A DNA stretch of 64,000 nucleotides. It comes from Spizellomyces punctatus DAOM BR117. Its lineage: Eukaryota. This document shows positions 60,487 through 64,000 of the stretch, one piece after another. Position numbers and translations under genes: made by a program. The notes below the pieces were generated by a model. That model had not been told where the DNA came from. It saw nothing but the letters and a program-made list of their open reading frames with translations, and searched no databases. The stretch is from the NCBI GenBank assembly GCA_000182565.2, contig KQ257473.1; one strand, 5' to 3'. Position 1 is the first letter of the stretch. Each line of letters starts with the position of its first letter.

Positions 60487-61813
60487 ATGGCTGAGAAGAA
60501 GAACGACACCAAGTCCTTTGCCATCGATTTCCTCATGGGTGGTGTGTCCGCCGCTGTCTCCAAGACGGCTGCTGCCCCCATTGAGCGTGTCAAGCTTCTC
60601 ATCCAGGTGAGTATCGCAAACAGAGTTGGAAGTGGGTGGACTGTCCACCGGTATCTAGCACAACGCGTGGAATGGAATGAGCAAGTATCCACGTCGCCAA
60701 GCTGGCGTCGGCAAGATGAGAGAGCATCTGTCCATCTGTGTTACGCGTTGCTGCAGCCTACCCGTGCTGTCCTGTTGACGAAATTTGGCTTGAACATAAA
60801 TTCTGACCTTGTTTTCTTTTGGTCAACAGAACCAGGATGAGATGATCAAGCAGGGCCGCTTGTCTTCCCCCTACAAGGGTATCGGTGACTGCTTCTCCCG
60901 TGTCATCAAGGAGGAGGGTACTGGTTCATTGTGGCGTGGAAACTTGGCCAACGTTATCCGGTACTTCCCTACCCAGGCCTTGAACTTTGCGTTCAAGGAC
61001 TACTTCAAGAGGATGTTCGGTTTCAAGAAGGACAAGGACGGTTACTGGAAGTGGTAAGCAGTTGCGATATGACGTGTTATATTGTATGTATCGGATTAGT
61101 TCATTGACGTTGGGATGTACAGGTTCGCTGGTAACCTTGCCTCTGGTGGTATGGCCGGTGCCTCCTCCCTCTTCTTCGTGTACTCGCTCGACTACGCGCG
61201 TACCCGTTTGGCCAACGACAACAAGTCTGCCAAGAAGGGTGGTGAGCGTCAATTCAACGGTCTCATTGACGTCTACCGCAAGACCCTCGCCACCGACGGT
61301 GTTGCTGGTCTCTACCGTGGTTTCGTCATCTCCTGCGTTGGTATTGTCGTGTACCGTGGTCTCTACTTTGGTCTTTACGACTCTATCAAGCCTGTTGTAA
61401 GTTGAGAAGCCGCCCTTTTTATGTGAAGGCTGTTCGCTCTTTTGGTTTGCTTGTTGGAATTTTGGATACTGATATTTGCCGTTCTACTTTACCAGGTTCT
61501 CACTGGTAACCTCCAGAACAACTTCCTTGCTTCCTTCCTTCTTGGTTGGGGTATCACCATCGGTGCTGGTCTTGCATCGTACCCCATCGACACTGTCCGT
61601 CGTCGTATGATGATGACATCTGGTGCTGCCGTCAAGTACCGCAGCTCTGCTCACGCCTTTGCTGAGATTGTCAAGAACGAGGGTACCAAGTCCTTGTTCA
61701 AGGGTGCTGGTGCTAACATTCTTCGTGCCGTCGCTGGTGCTGGTGTGCTCTCTGGTTACGACCAGCTTCAGATCCTCTTGTTCGGAAAGAGCTACGGATC
61801 TGGCTCTGGTTAA
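60487..61813 (+). CDS. AAC: Mitochondrial ADP/ATP carrier (4 exons)
   Basis: [56 protein letters not shown] signature. Confidence 0.98.
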
Positions 61814-62625
61814 GCGGAGGAGCGGGAGAGAGTGAGATAGGATAATTTAGCATTGCGCTTGTTTAGGCCCCATTTAGAAATACACGTTTAACACATTATA
61901 TACCTAGTTGATATCTAACACGACAGATGGGCAGGCATCTCATACGACTTGGCCAAAGGCAAAAGTTGGGTATTTAAAAACAAGACGAGCATATTTCCCC
62001 AAGTGTTTTCTCCCAACATTTCGCTAGTGATTTGCATGAAGCCTCACTTTCCATATCTTGGTTTAAACTCCTTTGTGACGCATATGGTGATCTCCACAAG
62101 TCAAAAGTGCACATGCATCTCTCCATCTAAAACCACAATGATTACATGCTGCTAATGCCCAAAAGCTAAAATCACAGAATGCATCTCAAAAGTTGTTGAA
62201 ATGAAAGGCCGAAATTTAAGGTCGTGCACGTGACTTACCGCAGTGTGGCGCCATTCGTTCGCCCGCCTGTTTCAGCCTTGGGCTTTTGTCTCCACACACA
62301 CAAGCAGGTTTTGCATGATTGGCATGCCACATTGCGAATAGACACACACTAGGGCCACTTACTGCCTGACAAAGGCATTCTGGAAAGGGTCGCAGAGAGT
62401 TTAGTCAACGAACGGCGTGGGTTCACAATCCAAACGAGCAAAGGGTGGGTCCGTGTGCTTTTGAATTGTGATCACCCACGGGCTTTTCCATGTTTACGTT
62501 AGTTTTCCTCTGGAGCAGACGCAGAAAGTCTTGTTCAAAGCACCCATTTCAACGCTGACGGAATTCGTGTTGGCTTCTTGATTCCTCTGTCCCATTTTGT
62601 TGTCACCATTTAGAATCTCACTACA

Positions 62626-64000
62626 GTGGCGTACCCAAACGATTCCCGTCGACCTTGGCAACAACTGTCATCTTCTTCGCCTGTGCCACGCGACAGTACA
62701 GCCTCGGAAGCTTCTTCGAACTACGAAGACCAGCCATACGTCCCGGAGCAGTACCCAGCTCCATACACTCTTACTAATCCGCCGCATTCCCGCTATCCAA
62801 CGGACGCCACAATGATGATGGAGGAGATTGATCTGCATGATCGGCAAAGGGGCGGGGTACCGCAGGGTGCGACCTCGGTGACAATCTCGGATCCAGAGGC
62901 AAAACCTTCAAAGATGGCCTCGGATCCGATGGGTACCGGTGGGCCACCTGCTGATGATGAGGGAAATGGTAAGCTGCTGATGAATATGTGAGAGCGCTAT
63001 GGGATGAGGAAGATGGTGGATACTCAATGGATTTGAAATCAACGTGTCTGATTCGGTATCCCTCTCCTTTTTCCGTTTCAAGGTACATTGAGTAGAGCAG
63101 CAACAGCAATCGGCAACTTCATGTCAACACTAGAACGGGGCGGGGGACAAAAGGAGGAAGAGCGAATCATTTATCTTAACGATCCAATAAAGAACTCGCA
63201 GAGCAAATACTTGCATAATAGCATCTCGACCGCAAAGTATAATCTCGTCACATTTTTACCCAAATTCTTGGCCGAACAATTCTCGAGATATGCAAATTTG
63301 TTCTTTTTGTTTACTGGCATTATCCAGGTGGGTACAATTCTGTTTCGCCTGATAATTGCGTCCAACAATAGCTGACTGGTCATTCCAAAGCAAATCGGCG
63401 ACCTTTCTCCAACTTCTAAATTCGGTACCCTCGTCCCTCTGGGCATCGTGCTTTTTGCATCAGGAGTCAAAGAAGTGGTAGAAGATACAAAGCGACATCG
63501 GCAGGATGCGGAAGTGAATGCACGATTTGTAAAGTGTTTAAAAGGATCCGAGTTTGTACCGAAGCGGTGGCGAGAGGTTCAGGTTGGGGATATTGTAAGG
63601 ATTGAGAATGGAGAGTTCTTTCCGGCGGATTTGATCCTGCTTAGTTCAAGTGAGCCGGACGCGTTGTGTTATATTGAGACTAGTAATTTGGATGGGTGAG
63701 CAATTTTGTCTTGGGCTCCTCTGGTCTTTGATGGAGAATCTGAACATTGCTGTTCTGTTTTCAGAGAAACGAACTTGAAGATTCGCCAGGGTCTGACAGA
63801 GACCGCCGATGTCCTTACCCCTGAGGCTGTTGCTCGACTACATGGTGAGTAGAAGCCTTCGCCCGCGTCGGCACTAGCCAACTACGTTGCCTTGGACTTA
63901 CATACTATCCACCTCACAGGATTGATAAAGTCAGAGCAACCAAACAACAGCCTTTACACGTACGAAGGACTCTTGCGATTGGGAAACAAGTCCATTCCGC
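62626..64000 (+). CDS. DRS2: P4-ATPase phospholipid flippase, 5' part (true start uncertain, continues beyond window)
   Basis: IYLND, NSISTAKYN, FLPKFLAEQF, ANLFFL, VGDIV, FPADLILLSSSEPDALCYIETSNLDG|ETNLK, EQPNNSLYTYEG. Confidence 0.9.

Overview
Intron-rich fungal nuclear DNA with GT-AG introns of mostly 50-90 nt and CTAAC branch points. The gene content suggests an early-diverging fungus, possibly a chytrid, but that is inference. Recognisable genes: an NRPS-like A-T-T-R reductase (cut by the window start), C2H2 transcription factor, BBE-type FAD oxidase, membrane lipase, kelch-TM-SH3 protein, a head-to-head chitin synthase / CBM18-chitin deacetylase pair, ENA-type P-ATPase, SKI2, a WD40 protein, a small Myb protein, the ADP/ATP carrier and a DRS2-like flippase (cut by the window end). 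Two RNA-centred loci stand out. (1) At 29.1-32.4 kb, an intact 4-exon gene for a PD-(D/E)XK-type nuclease has a 692-nt highly structured first intron with both splice sites inside hairpins, three copies of a conserved hairpin after the stop codon, and a canonical twister ribozyme just before the poly(A) signal. (2) At 50.1-52.1 kb, a TATA-driven tandem array of five intron-like units each carries a box C/D RNA with constant boxes and stem but variable guide segments. There is also a diverged tandem duplication of an orphan gene (22.4-26.5 kb) and a CpG-free degenerate tract (53.9-54.5 kb). All RNA pairings were found by eye; no folding or database search was run.
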